This document shows, piece by piece, positions 9,738-20,058 of a stretch of 64,000 bases of DNA (position 1 is its first letter; every line of letters begins with the position of its first letter). The translations under genes were made by a program, and so were the position numbers. The stretch lies in IMG/VR virus record IMGVR_UViG_3300032174_000075, positions 10,821 to 74,820 of that record; one strand, given 5' to 3'. The notes beneath the pieces were generated by a model. That model made no database searches, was not told the DNA's origin, and saw nothing but the letters and a program-made list of their open reading frames with translations. The stretch is from a virus.

Positions 9738-11786
9738 GTGGCGATCCGTTCCGTTGTCGAAATCGACGTTCATTCCGAGCAGTTCAAGGCTTTCTCGGAA
9801 AGGTTCGAAAAGTACCAGGAACTGCTTGCAAAGAGCACAGGCTCTTGGTCCAAGACCGACAAGTCCGTCAAGGCGGTTGCCGATCATCTCACCGCTGCCA
9901 TCCTCACGCAGACCGACATGCTCGCCAAGGTCATCAAGGGCGAGAATGCCGTAGAGCAATCTTCGAAAAAGACCGCATCCTCGTGGCGCGACTTCGCCAA
10001 AAGCTCAAAGACCGTCGCCGGCAATATCAAGGATGCGACACTTTCGCTTCTGAAGTGGGCGTCAATCGGCGGCATCATTTCCGGCTTAGCAGGCGTCGGC
10101 GGCCTATTTGGAATTGATGCGCTTGCCCGTGGCGTCGGAGATACGCGCCGTCAGTCTCTCGGTCTTGGCACGACGTATGGAGAGAAGAAGGCATTCGACA
10201 TAAATTACGGGCGGGTTGTTGACAGCGACTCTTACCTCTCCAACGTCAATGAAGCCCTCCACGACCCAAATAAAAGATCGACACTGCTTAGCTTGGGCTT
10301 GAACGAGAAGGACCTGCAAGGCGACACGGCTGAGGTGGCTGTTAAGGCGCTGGAAAAGATAAAGGCACTAGCGGACAGGACTGACCCGAGGCTTTATAAG
10401 TCCACGATGGAAGCGTTTGGTGTCGATAAATTAGTTGGCCTCCAAGATTTCGAGCGTCTAGCCAATCTCTCAAAGCCAGAGTTTGCTTCCTATCGCAGCC
10501 CATATGAGCGCGATAAAAAGACACTCAATCTAGACCAGCGCAATACACGGGCATGGCAAGATTTTGCCAACCAGCTAAAGCGCGCCGGAGAGCAAATAGA
10601 GAATATTTTCGTGCGCAGACTGACTGCGCTCGTTGGGCCGCTCGATAAGTTCTCTCAAGCTGTTGTGAAGTCGATTGACACTTTCGTAAACAGCAAGGAA
10701 TTTGATAAGTGGATAAAAGCATTTGCCGACGATATCAAATGGGCGGCAACTACGCTCGGGTCGCAAAAATTCCAAGACGACATCAAAGCGTTCGCGACTA
10801 ACATAAGTTTGGCGGCGAAGGGGATTGTAGACGCACTGAAGTTTCTCGGAATAATTCCGAAGTCGAAAGAGGAAACTCTAAAGGGCGCGCAAGCGGGGCC
10901 ACCAAACGCTCACATTCCCGGACAGCCAGTCTATACCGAGAAGGACATTGCCCAAATCAAGGCTGCCAACGGAGGAGACTATAAAAACGCGCGCGCAATC
11001 ATAGATGCTGCTGAAAAGCGGCACCATCTCCCAAGCGGCTTTCTGTGGAACCAATTCGGTGCCGAGTCCGGCTATGGCAAGCACCTGAAAAGCCCTGCTG
11101 GCGCCCAAGGGCCTATGCAGTTAATGCCCGCAACGTCCAAGCGGTTCAACGTGAAGAACCCTTACTCTCTTGACGAGAGCGCGGAAGCCGCAGCAAAATA
11201 CGACGAACTCCTGCTAAAGAGATTTAAGGGAAGCCTGGCTAAGACTGCGGCAGCTTATAATTGGGGCGAAGGAAACGTCGATAAAGACGTAACACGCCAC
11301 GGCGATAATTGGGCCTTGCCGAAACATCTCCCGAATGAAACCAAGGACTATATCGACAAAATCGTTTCCGGAAAGGGGTTGTCGCAAGGCGTAAAAATAC
11401 AGACTGACCAATCCCAGACCGTGATAGCCGAAGATTCAGAGGCTCGGGCGCAACGTGACCGAGCCATGGGTGCAGCCGAGGCCAGTTCCAAAAGCCTCAA
11501 GCGCATTTCTGAGCATCTTACGCGGGAGATTGGTAGCTGGCGCATTCCTTTCAGAGCTCCTGCGAAAGAAGAGAAGCCATCTCACGCCGATATCAAGGCG
11601 TTGGCGCAGGCTTACTCAGATGGGGCAGGAAAGAATCGCGCCACAAGAGCGCCACAGGACAAATCAGTTAGCCCAACGCGCCCAATGCCCAAGACCCAGC
11701 CGGACACGGCGCGCGCAGTCCGCATAGACATCAACAACAACACTGGCGGAAACGCTGTCATAATCGCGAGCCAGTTGCCACAATGA
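9738..11786 (+). CDS. Tape measure protein with lytic transglycosylase (SLT) domain
   Basis: AES..SPAGAQGPMQLMPAT and AAYNWGEGNV SLT motifs. Confidence 0.9.
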   Translation: MAIRSVVEIDVHSEQFKAFSERFEKYQELLAKSTGSWSKTDKSVKAVADHLTAAILTQTDMLAKVIKGENAVEQSSKKTASSWRDFAKSSKTVAGNIKDATLSLLKWASIGGIISGLAGVGGLFGIDALARGVGDTRRQSLGLGTTYGEKKAFDINYGRVVDSDSYLSNVNEALHDPNKRSTLLSLGLNEKDLQGDTAEVAVKALEKIKALADRTDPRLYKSTMEAFGVDKLVGLQDFERLANLSKPEFASYRSPYERDKKTLNLDQRNTRAWQDFANQLKRAGEQIENIFVRRLTALVGPLDKFSQAVVKSIDTFVNSKEFDKWIKAFADDIKWAATTLGSQKFQDDIKAFATNISLAAKGIVDALKFLGIIPKSKEETLKGAQAGPPNAHIPGQPVYTEKDIAQIKAANGGDYKNARAIIDAAEKRHHLPSGFLWNQFGAESGYGKHLKSPAGAQGPMQLMPATSKRFNVKNPYSLDESAEAAAKYDELLLKRFKGSLAKTAAAYNWGEGNVDKDVTRHGDNWALPKHLPNETKDYIDKIVSGKGLSQGVKIQTDQSQTVIAEDSEARAQRDRAMGAAEASSKSLKRISEHLTREIGSWRIPFRAPAKEEKPSHADIKALAQAYSDGAGKNRATRAPQDKSVSPTRPMPKTQPDTARAVRIDINNNTGGNAVIIASQLPQ

Positions 11787-12502
11787 GCGGACTCGGAAAA
11801 TCCGTCTTCCAACTCGCATTCCAAAGCAGCCCGATCATTTTAGTGGATGGGATTGCAACAGGTCTGCCAACGGGCAGCATGTTGCCGATTATCGCGATTA
11901 CAGAGCCTTTGAACCTATTGGGAGGAATTTTGACGGGTGGCGATCTATCGCCAGACAACTTCTTTGCTAGTTTCTCCCCCGTACCTGGGGCAACACTGAT
12001 CGACCAGCAGGTTGGACATTATCCGTTTGCGAATCAGGCTGTTGCGGCGAACGCTGTGATTGCTCAACCTCTGACAATTTCCTTGAAAATGACGTGCCCC
12101 GTCCGCCTCGGGCTTGGATATTTTACCAAACTCGCAACCATGATTACATTGCAAACAGTCCTGGCGAAACACAATGGAATGGGCGGCACATACATCATAG
12201 CCACCCCGTCCTTTTTTTATACAAACTGCATTATGCTGCGAATGAGCGATGTTTCCGGCGGCGACAGCAATCAAGTTCAAACGACGTGGCAACTAGATTT
12301 TGAAAAGCCGCTCCTCACACTCAACGATGCACAAGAGGCCCAAAGCTCGCTCTTGCAAAAGCTGACTAATGGCACAAAGATTTTAGGTATCCCCCTCTGG
12401 TCCGGCTTTGAGTCTCTTCTAGGAGATGCAGGAAGTCTCGGCGGCATAGGCTCTGTGCAATCCGCTCAAGGGGTTGCGGGCGCGGCAATCCCTCCGTCAT
12501 AA
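11783..12502 (+). CDS. Baseplate/tube-initiator protein
   Basis: ATGA-coupled to tape measure; gene order. Confidence 0.6.
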   Translation: MSGLGKSVFQLAFQSSPIILVDGIATGLPTGSMLPIIAITEPLNLLGGILTGGDLSPDNFFASFSPVPGATLIDQQVGHYPFANQAVAANAVIAQPLTISLKMTCPVRLGLGYFTKLATMITLQTVLAKHNGMGGTYIIATPSFFYTNCIMLRMSDVSGGDSNQVQTTWQLDFEKPLLTLNDAQEAQSSLLQKLTNGTKILGIPLWSGFESLLGDAGSLGGIGSVQSAQGVAGAAIPPS

Positions 12503-12516
12503 GGCACAGGCTACTT

Positions 12517-12786
12517 ATGGCCCAACTCATTCTCTTTCAGCCAGGTCAGACCAACCCGCCATTCCAGTTCCAGGCGACGCTAGACGGGATACAGTACACA
12601 GCGACGGTGCGGTGGGGCTTGATGGGGCAGCGGTGGTATCTCAGTCTTTTTACGCTCGACGGCGTCCGTGTTTTCACACTCCCGATGGTCAGTAGCCCGG
12701 ATAACTATGACATCTCTCTGACGGCCGGGTATTTCGCCACGAAACTGATCCTCCGCGAAGCGTCGCAGACTTTTGAGATTGACTAG
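12517..12786 (+). CDS. Small baseplate protein
   Basis: PFQFQATLDG..Y...W...QRWY pattern; gene order. Confidence 0.6.
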   Translation: MAQLILFQPGQTNPPFQFQATLDGIQYTATVRWGLMGQRWYLSLFTLDGVRVFTLPMVSSPDNYDISLTAGYFATKLILREASQTFEID

Positions 12787-12789
12787 CCC

Positions 12790-13830
12790 GTGCGATACTA
12801 TTCCATCATTATCAAAAACTCCGATGCCTCTATCTACCGGCCTCCATCGCTTGCTTCACTGAAGCTCCCCGCAAGTTGGACTAGTTTTGTCAACAACCAG
12901 ACCATTCCCGGCGCGCTCGATATTCAAATAGAGGCTTATCTCGCGGCGTTTAATGCGCCAGTGGCCGGAACATTTGTTCGCGTATGGGGAATCTCTATCG
13001 AGGAGATAGGCCAGGCTAGTGACCTTCGAGGGAAAAATATTCAAGTTTTTGCCGGGATGCAAAAGGGACTCCCGCTAGCGAATCCGGCGCAGTCAGGTCT
13101 TATCCTTCAAGGCTATATCTTCAAGTCGTTTGGGAACTGGGTTGGCACAGACCAGACATTGGATTTGATTGTTGTGGCCGGCGATAGTCCGTTCGGAACT
13201 GGGTCTAAGGCCTCTCCAAAAAACATAATCCATCTGTGGGCCAAAGGCACGCCGCTTTCAGAGGCGATTAAGTCAACGCTGACGACCGCCTTTCCGGGCT
13301 ATGAAGTGGATATTAGCATAAACCCAAAGCTCGTATTGACAGAACAAGATACTGGCTACTACGAATCTGCAACACAGTATGCGCAGTATATTCAAGCTCT
13401 CAGTAAGTCGATTATAAACGACCAAGCTTATTTAGGGGTTTCGATTGTACTGAAAGAAAAAAAATTCACCGTCTATGACGGGACGACAAAAACAACGGCC
13501 ACGACCATAGATTTCAAGGACCTAATCGGGCAGCCAACTTGGATAGGCCCGCAGGAAATTCAGGTCAAAACTGTTATGCGGGCAGATATCGCGGTGGGGG
13601 CTTATGTCAAGCTTCCGGTTACGCAAACGACGACGACCTCGGAAGGGGCGCTTCCGGCCGGTAACGCACCACGGGCAAATAGCATCTTTCAAGGGGAGTT
13701 TTTCGTAAAGAGCATGAGCCATTTTGGCCGGTTTCGTCAGCCTGACGCCGCAAGCTGGAATACGATACTTGACCTCGTGGCGCCTCCGGGTGCGGCGGGG
13801 ACAGGTGACGACCTCGGAAGGGGCGCTTAA
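12790..13830 (+). CDS. Baseplate hub protein
   Basis: 346 aa, DLIGQPTW motif, precedes spike. Confidence 0.65.
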   Translation: MRYYSIIIKNSDASIYRPPSLASLKLPASWTSFVNNQTIPGALDIQIEAYLAAFNAPVAGTFVRVWGISIEEIGQASDLRGKNIQVFAGMQKGLPLANPAQSGLILQGYIFKSFGNWVGTDQTLDLIVVAGDSPFGTGSKASPKNIIHLWAKGTPLSEAIKSTLTTAFPGYEVDISINPKLVLTEQDTGYYESATQYAQYIQALSKSIINDQAYLGVSIVLKEKKFTVYDGTTKTTATTIDFKDLIGQPTWIGPQEIQVKTVMRADIAVGAYVKLPVTQTTTTSEGALPAGNAPRANSIFQGEFFVKSMSHFGRFRQPDAASWNTILDLVAPPGAAGTGDDLGRGA

Positions 13831-14498
13831 TGGCTGACAACGCTCAGAAAACGCCATTTGCCCAATCCATTCAGACCTTCGTCGAAGGCAAGGTCCAGGA
13901 CGGCATACAGCTACTTGGCAAAGCTTTTCCCGTCTCCATCGTCACGATCAACGATTGGTCGGCAGTCGTCAAATTCGAGATGAACGCAGCGCCGTTCACG
14001 TTGCCGAACATAGAAGTTCCACTTGCCCTCTCCGTGTACGAAAGGCCGCCGCTTCAGGTGGGGGATAAGGGATGGGTCCGTGCTGCCGACGTTCGATTGG
14101 GCGGCGTTACCGGGCTAGGCAGTGGCGTTCCTGGACTCACACTGCCGGCAAACCTCTCCGCGTTGGTGTTTGAGCCCATATCGAACATCACTTGGGATGC
14201 CCCGCCAGACAAAAATGCGTATCTCATTCAGGGACCGAACGGGTTCATTTTCCGCAACGTCGCCAACGACTATTCGATCATCGGCAACGGCTCGCACATT
14301 CAAGTAAAATACGGAGGGCGGACTTTCACGGTAGATGGAGCGCAGCTTGTAATGGCTTACGACTCCTCAAATTCCGTGACCGTCGATTCGTCCGGTGTCG
14401 CCATCCTGGGAACCTTGACGATCAACGGCGCCCCCTATCTGGCGCATGTTCATTCCGACGTTACGAGCGGAACCGATTCGACAGGTCCGGTGGCATGA
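13830..14498 (+). CDS. Baseplate central spike
   Basis: C-terminal HxH metal-binding tip (LAHVHSDV..G...TGP). Confidence 0.8.
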   Translation: MADNAQKTPFAQSIQTFVEGKVQDGIQLLGKAFPVSIVTINDWSAVVKFEMNAAPFTLPNIEVPLALSVYERPPLQVGDKGWVRAADVRLGGVTGLGSGVPGLTLPANLSALVFEPISNITWDAPPDKNAYLIQGPNGFIFRNVANDYSIIGNGSHIQVKYGGRTFTVDGAQLVMAYDSSNSVTVDSSGVAILGTLTINGAPYLAHVHSDVTSGTDSTGPVA

Positions 14499-15100
14499 TT
14501 TTGAGGCACAAAGTCTGCACTAAATGCAAGATAGAAAAGTCCTTAGAAGAGTACGCCAAACACGCGTCTCTTAAAGACGGGAGACAAGTTCAGTGCAGAG
14601 CATGCCACAAAGCATACAATGCTCAAAACAAAGCGCGGATCGCAGCACAGAGGAGAGATTGCTATCGGAAGAATCCTGACAGGATTAAAGCGAAAACTAG
14701 GGAATGGTATCGCAACAACCGACGGGCGGCTATTCAGTATCAGGCCGAATATCGCCGCGAGAACGCGGCGTCTCTTCAAGAGAAGGACGCAAAACGGCAT
14801 GCCAAGAATAAGGCCGCTGCAAAAACGTGGCGGCATAACAGAAAGGCCAGGGTCAGAAATTCCGGCGAAAGGCTTTCTCCGGATATCGTGACAAAACTTT
14901 TGTCCGAGCAGAATTTCAAATGTCCGTACTGCCTTGGAGACTTGCGCGTGGTCGGACATCATATTGATCATTATGTTCCGATCATTCTTGGCGGGGGAAA
15001 TTCGGATGATAATGTTCAGCTTACTTGCCCGCTTTGCAACCTAAGAAAGGGAAGCAAGCACCCGATGAATTTTTTACCAAAGATTGGGTCGTGTCATTAG
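14495..15100 (+). CDS. HNH homing endonuclease
   Basis: N-terminal CxxC..CxxC; CPYC..HIDHYVP...GG.N...NVQLTCPLCNLRK. Confidence 0.9.
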   Translation: MILRHKVCTKCKIEKSLEEYAKHASLKDGRQVQCRACHKAYNAQNKARIAAQRRDCYRKNPDRIKAKTREWYRNNRRAAIQYQAEYRRENAASLQEKDAKRHAKNKAAAKTWRHNRKARVRNSGERLSPDIVTKLLSEQNFKCPYCLGDLRVVGHHIDHYVPIILGGGNSDDNVQLTCPLCNLRKGSKHPMNFLPKIGSCH

Positions 15101-15443
15101 AACATGGGGACGCGTGCCAGACAATAACGGCGGGCTTACACAGTGGGTGATGGTAGAGACAGCTCAAGACGGGTCAAACGACCTCATATGGCTCGTGACG
15201 CTAATCCAGTGCCTAAAATTGAACCTTAATGAAAGTCCATTTTATGCTGGCTATGGCATCCCCGCCAAGCAATCCGTGATCCAGCAAGTCGCGCCTGATT
15301 TCAACGTCGCCTTGACGCAGCAACAGTTCTCGCAATATTTCGCCGCGCTGTCGGTGACGAAGCGCAACCTGCCAACGCCAACCTATGATATCCGGGTGAC
15401 GACGAATCAGGGCGTTTCGATAACGACGACGGTTCCCGTATGA
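15084..15443 (+). CDS. Baseplate wedge/sheath-initiator subunit
   Basis: RTWGR and ESPFY..YGIP motifs; precedes baseplate J. Confidence 0.65.
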   Translation: MGRVIRTWGRVPDNNGGLTQWVMVETAQDGSNDLIWLVTLIQCLKLNLNESPFYAGYGIPAKQSVIQQVAPDFNVALTQQQFSQYFAALSVTKRNLPTPTYDIRVTTNQGVSITTTVPV

Positions 15444-16870
15444 GCGATTTGCCGACGATCATAACCAAGGATGGATTACAGCCGCAGACGCCAGCGGAAC
15501 TTCGCGCCCAACTCATCGCATTGGCCGTCGCCGAAAGTCCCGGCCTCACCGCTACTCTCCCGGGCGCGCTTATCGAGGATATCGCCTCGACACAGGTAGC
15601 TGGCCTGACGCTGATCGACAGTGCCAGAGTGGAAACGGTCGATTCTCTGACGCCTTACGGGGCAAACGCATTTCTGCTGAACGAGCTTGGTCAGATTTAC
15701 GGCGTCCAGCAGGGCAAGCAGACAAGCACCTCCGTCTACGAAGTGTTCTCCGGGACGGTCGGGTTTATCGTCCCGCGCGGATTTACGGTCAGCGACGGCA
15801 CGCATCAATTCATCGTTCAAGACGGAGGGGTCGTTCAATCCGGTGGCTCGACAGCGCCTCTCTTCTGCCTAGCGACAGTCACGGATTCATTCGCCGTCCC
15901 GGCAGGAACCGTTACGACGCTCATCACGTCCGTTCCTGGGAGCATCACCCTTTCTTGCACAAATCCGCAGGAAGGAATCCCAGGGACCGGCATGCAGAGC
16001 GAGAGTGACTATCGAGCCCAAGTGCTACAGGCCGGCAAAGCCGCCGCACAGGGCATGCCAACGTTCCTGAAGACGCTGGTAGGGCAGGTATTCGGCGTCC
16101 AGCAGCGCCTCATCTCCATGCGCCAAGCGAACGGAGGCTGGGAAGTCATCGTTGGCGGGGGCGATCCCTATGCCGTGGCATATGCGATTTTCCAGGCCCT
16201 GTTCAACATCAACAATCTTGTCGGCTCGACGATTGCGATTACAGCGGTCACCAAGGCCAATCCCGGCGTTGCGACAACCGATCTCAACCACGGCCTAGTG
16301 ACCGGGCAGAACAACGTCAACATCGCCAACGCGGCAGGCGGCGGCTTTACGGTGATCAATGGCGGACCATACACGGTTACCGTCATAGACGAAAAGAGAT
16401 TCAGCTTTGCCGTCGATACGTCCGGATACTCCGGCACGTACACGGCAGGGACCGGAACTGTCACGCCGAATGCCCGCAATATCGCCGTCTCGGTCAACGA
16501 CTATCCCGACACGTATTCGATCCCCTTTGTGGTTCCGCCTCAGCAGTCGGTCACAATCGGCCTGACATGGAACACGACGGCGACAAACTCCGTTTCCGCA
16601 ACGGCGGTAGCAGAGGCCGGGGCACACGCTATCGCGAACTATGTGAACTCCATCCCTGTAGGAAGCCCGATCAACCTATTCGAGCTGCAATCGGTGTTTC
16701 AGGTGGCGGTGGCGGATTTGATCCCGACGCCGCTCTTGTCGCGGATGATCTTCACGGTTTCGGTCAATGGCGTGCCGACGACTGTGGATTCCGGCACGGG
16801 CCTTTTTGAGGGAGACCCTGAGAGCTTTTTCCAGATGAGCCCCACCGACTGCGTAATCGTGCAAGGGTGA
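15440..16870 (+). CDS. Baseplate J-like wedge protein
   Basis: G...ESDYRAQV motif, 476 aa. Confidence 0.85.
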   Translation: MSDLPTIITKDGLQPQTPAELRAQLIALAVAESPGLTATLPGALIEDIASTQVAGLTLIDSARVETVDSLTPYGANAFLLNELGQIYGVQQGKQTSTSVYEVFSGTVGFIVPRGFTVSDGTHQFIVQDGGVVQSGGSTAPLFCLATVTDSFAVPAGTVTTLITSVPGSITLSCTNPQEGIPGTGMQSESDYRAQVLQAGKAAAQGMPTFLKTLVGQVFGVQQRLISMRQANGGWEVIVGGGDPYAVAYAIFQALFNINNLVGSTIAITAVTKANPGVATTDLNHGLVTGQNNVNIANAAGGGFTVINGGPYTVTVIDEKRFSFAVDTSGYSGTYTAGTGTVTPNARNIAVSVNDYPDTYSIPFVVPPQQSVTIGLTWNTTATNSVSATAVAEAGAHAIANYVNSIPVGSPINLFELQSVFQVAVADLIPTPLLSRMIFTVSVNGVPTTVDSGTGLFEGDPESFFQMSPTDCVIVQG

Positions 16871-16874
16871 GCGC

Positions 16875-17477
16875 GTGCTGACGCAGATCATAAAACCCTA
16901 TTTGTACGAAGAATACGCCGATGACGAAAACATTCAGGCTCTTGTGGACGCATGGTCTACGATTGCCCAGCAATACATGGATTGGTTTGTCACCGTAAAC
17001 CTTCCAATTTACACGGGGCCAGTCGTCTCAGGCGCGCTTCTGGACTGGGTAGGGCAAGGCCTTTATGGGATTGCCCGGCCCGTCCTTCCCTTTGGCGAGG
17101 CATCGGACGACGGGCTCTACAACGCGCTTCTATTCGACGAGCTGACATTCGACGACTCGGATATCACCAGCTCAGGGTCGTTCATCACAGACGACGACAC
17201 GTACAGGCGCGTCATCACTTGGCACTTCTTCAAGGGGGATGGCAGGCAGTTCACGATTCCCTGGCTGAAGCGCCGCATCATGCAGTTCCTGACTGGTGTG
17301 AACGGCATTCCCATCAACATCGACCAAACTTACGACGTGTCCGTGATGATCAGCGGAACGATAGCCACCATCACAATCCCAGCATCGTATTCGTTCGCCA
17401 ATATCTTTCAGGCGGCGGTTGATGCTGGGGCATTGGAATTGCCATTTCAGTTTTCCTGGGCTGTCACGGTGGTATAA
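16875..17477 (+). CDS. Baseplate protein (DUF2612-like)
   Basis: LLDWVG..LYGI.R and DDDTYRRV motifs. Confidence 0.75.
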   Translation: MLTQIIKPYLYEEYADDENIQALVDAWSTIAQQYMDWFVTVNLPIYTGPVVSGALLDWVGQGLYGIARPVLPFGEASDDGLYNALLFDELTFDDSDITSSGSFITDDDTYRRVITWHFFKGDGRQFTIPWLKRRIMQFLTGVNGIPINIDQTYDVSVMISGTIATITIPASYSFANIFQAAVDAGALELPFQFSWAVTVV

Positions 17478-17486
17478 GGATAGGCA

Positions 17487-20030
17487 ATGGCCGCGACGAA
17501 ATATCAGCTAGCCGCCAACCTTGCGAAGTCCACGCTCGCCTCGAATCTTTCATCCGGCGGCACGACGATCTCGCTTGCGCCGGGCACGGGCGCATTGTTT
17601 CCGTCACCTGGGGCGAACCAGTATTTCACCTTAACCTTGAAGGACGCCGCGACAGGGACATTCACCGAGATTGTCTGGTGCACGGCCCGAACCACGGATA
17701 CGCTGACGGTCATCCGCGCCCAGGAAGGAACGACGGCACGGGCTTGGCTTGCGGGCGATCAGGCGAACAATCTATGGACGGCAGGCTCGTTCCAAAACCT
17801 GACGCAGCCAACCGACCTTCAGCAGCAGGCGCCGAACTACGCCCTGACGACCGGCGACAATACCCTGGTTGCCACATTGTCAGTCGTCCCGGCTGCATAT
17901 GTGGCGGGCCTCACATTGCGGCTCACCAAGAACGCAAATCCCAATACGACAGCGGTCACCCTGAACGTCAATTCCTTGGGGGCTAAGTCTGTTGTTCATA
18001 CGGACGGAACTGCGCTCGCGTCCGGCGATCTTCCGGGAAACTCGACGTTTATTGTCGTCTATGACGGCACGAAGTTTGTTCTACAGGGCCTTTCTACCGC
18101 CGCTGGCATTTCAACGTCGCAGCTCCAGCAACAGGCCGGCAATTACGCCCCCGATACAGGAAGTGCAAATTCCCTTGTCGTAACGCTCAATCCCGTTCCG
18201 GCGAACCTTGCCTTTCTCGTCGGCGTTCCGATTCGGATCAAAAAGAGCGCGGCTGCGAACACAGGCGGCTGCACGCTCGCGGTCAATGGCCTTGCTGCTA
18301 CGGTCATGAAATACGCCGATGGCTCGACGCTGAAAGCCGGAGACTTGCCCGCGAATGGTGTTTTCGAGGCGGTCTATGATGGCACACAGTTTGTGCTTCA
18401 AGGCCCGACAGGCGCGGCACAGACCGACAATCTCGCTGCTGGGGCCATACAACAGCAGGCCGGGAACTTCGCGGTCGATACGGGCACGGCAAACGCCTTA
18501 GTCGTCACGCTATCGCCTGTTCCCGCTTCCTTGGCGTCGATCTTGGGCTCGCCCATTCGCATCCAGAAAGGAGCCGCCGCGAATACGAGCACTTGCACGC
18601 TGGCAGTGAATGGACTGACAGCGACCGCGATAAAATACGCAGACGGAACTTCGCTGAAGGCTTCCGACCTCCCGGCAAATGGAGTCTTGGAAGTCAGCTA
18701 CGACGGCACGCAGTTCATTCTGCTTTCCGTCTCAGGCAGTTCGCAGGTTGGCTCTTTGGCTGCGTCCGCCATACAGCTTCAAACCGGAAACTATGCCGTC
18801 GATAGCGGAAGCGCGAACGCGCTGGCCGTGACGTTGAGCCCTGTTCCGGCGAACTTGGCAGCGCTGGTCGGGACTCCGATCCGCATCAAGAAATCCGGCT
18901 CGGCGAATACGGGGAGCTGCACCTTGGCCGTCAACGGGTTCACGGCAACGGCTGTGAAGTACGCCGATGGTACGTCCTTGAAGGCGGGCGATCTTCCCGC
19001 CAGCGGGGCGATAGAGGTTGTTTACGATGGGACGCAATTCGTCCTTCTATCGGTTACCGGCGCGACGCAGGTTGGAGGACTTGCTGGTGCTGCAATCCAG
19101 GCTCAAGCAGGAAACTATGCGCTAACGACCGGAGACAATACGCTTGTCGCGACGCTGTCGCCGGTTCCGGGAGCATATGCCGCTGGATTGACGCTCCGTC
19201 TGACGAAGAATGCGAACGCGAACAGCACGGCTGTGACGCTGAATGTGAACAGCCTTGGTGCAAAGAATGTCGTGCATAGCGATGGCTCGGCGCTGGCTGC
19301 TGGTGATTTGCCTGCCAATTCGACCTTTGTAGTCGTCTACGACGGCACGAGTTTTGTTCTGCAAGGTCTTTCGGCAGTTGCCGGGGTAACAGAAACACAA
19401 TTACAGCAGCAAGCCGGAAATTACGCGGTGGATACAGGGTCAGCCCTGAATGCCATAACGATCACGCTGGACCCTGTTCCGACATTGACGGAACTGATTG
19501 GCGCTCCGATCAGAGTCAAAAAGAGTGCGAACTCAAACAGCGGCGCCTGCACGCTCAATGTGAACAGTCTTGGCGCGATAGAGATCAAATACGCCGATGG
19601 CGCAAGCATGCGGAGCGCCGATCTTTATTCGAACAGCCTTTTTACTGTCATCTATAACGGGACCGTTTTTGTTTTGCAGAGCATTACCGGCACGCGGCAG
19701 ATAGTAAATCTGCTCGGCGACAGGGCGATCACCGATAATGGGTTTCTGCGGATAGGTTCGCTGCTCCTGCAATGGGGACTGACACTGCCGTTTTCGACCG
19801 CAGACGGTGTTCAGACGATCAATTTCAACACAGCCTATACCGTCAAGTGTTACGGCGTGAGTCTTGTCGGCATCAACCCATCTGGCGGAACAGCCTTGAG
19901 TTTTGATACCTTCCCTGAAGCAGTGGACTTCAGTTCTTCCACGGCCAGCTTCACGGCACTAATGCAGGCAACGGACGGCTCCGCTACGAATACGCAGAAA
20001 GCTGTCGCTTGGTTCGCTTGGGGGGATTAG
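17487..20030 (+). CDS. Tail fibre with six ~110-aa repeats and gp53-like C-terminus
   Basis: Repeats QQQAGNYAxDTG...YDGTxFVL; C-terminal LLLQWG motif. Confidence 0.85.
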   Translation: MAATKYQLAANLAKSTLASNLSSGGTTISLAPGTGALFPSPGANQYFTLTLKDAATGTFTEIVWCTARTTDTLTVIRAQEGTTARAWLAGDQANNLWTAGSFQNLTQPTDLQQQAPNYALTTGDNTLVATLSVVPAAYVAGLTLRLTKNANPNTTAVTLNVNSLGAKSVVHTDGTALASGDLPGNSTFIVVYDGTKFVLQGLSTAAGISTSQLQQQAGNYAPDTGSANSLVVTLNPVPANLAFLVGVPIRIKKSAAANTGGCTLAVNGLAATVMKYADGSTLKAGDLPANGVFEAVYDGTQFVLQGPTGAAQTDNLAAGAIQQQAGNFAVDTGTANALVVTLSPVPASLASILGSPIRIQKGAAANTSTCTLAVNGLTATAIKYADGTSLKASDLPANGVLEVSYDGTQFILLSVSGSSQVGSLAASAIQLQTGNYAVDSGSANALAVTLSPVPANLAALVGTPIRIKKSGSANTGSCTLAVNGFTATAVKYADGTSLKAGDLPASGAIEVVYDGTQFVLLSVTGATQVGGLAGAAIQAQAGNYALTTGDNTLVATLSPVPGAYAAGLTLRLTKNANANSTAVTLNVNSLGAKNVVHSDGSALAAGDLPANSTFVVVYDGTSFVLQGLSAVAGVTETQLQQQAGNYAVDTGSALNAITITLDPVPTLTELIGAPIRVKKSANSNSGACTLNVNSLGAIEIKYADGASMRSADLYSNSLFTVIYNGTVFVLQSITGTRQIVNLLGDRAITDNGFLRIGSLLLQWGLTLPFSTADGVQTINFNTAYTVKCYGVSLVGINPSGGTALSFDTFPEAVDFSSSTASFTALMQATDGSATNTQKAVAWFAWGD

Positions 20031-20058
20031 AATATCATGAGGTCGAAGGAACTTTGAC

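Noticed and set aside
14192-14494. N-terminal extension of the HNH ORF
   Set aside because: Overlaps the spike gene; the ATGA-coupled start at 14495 is more plausible
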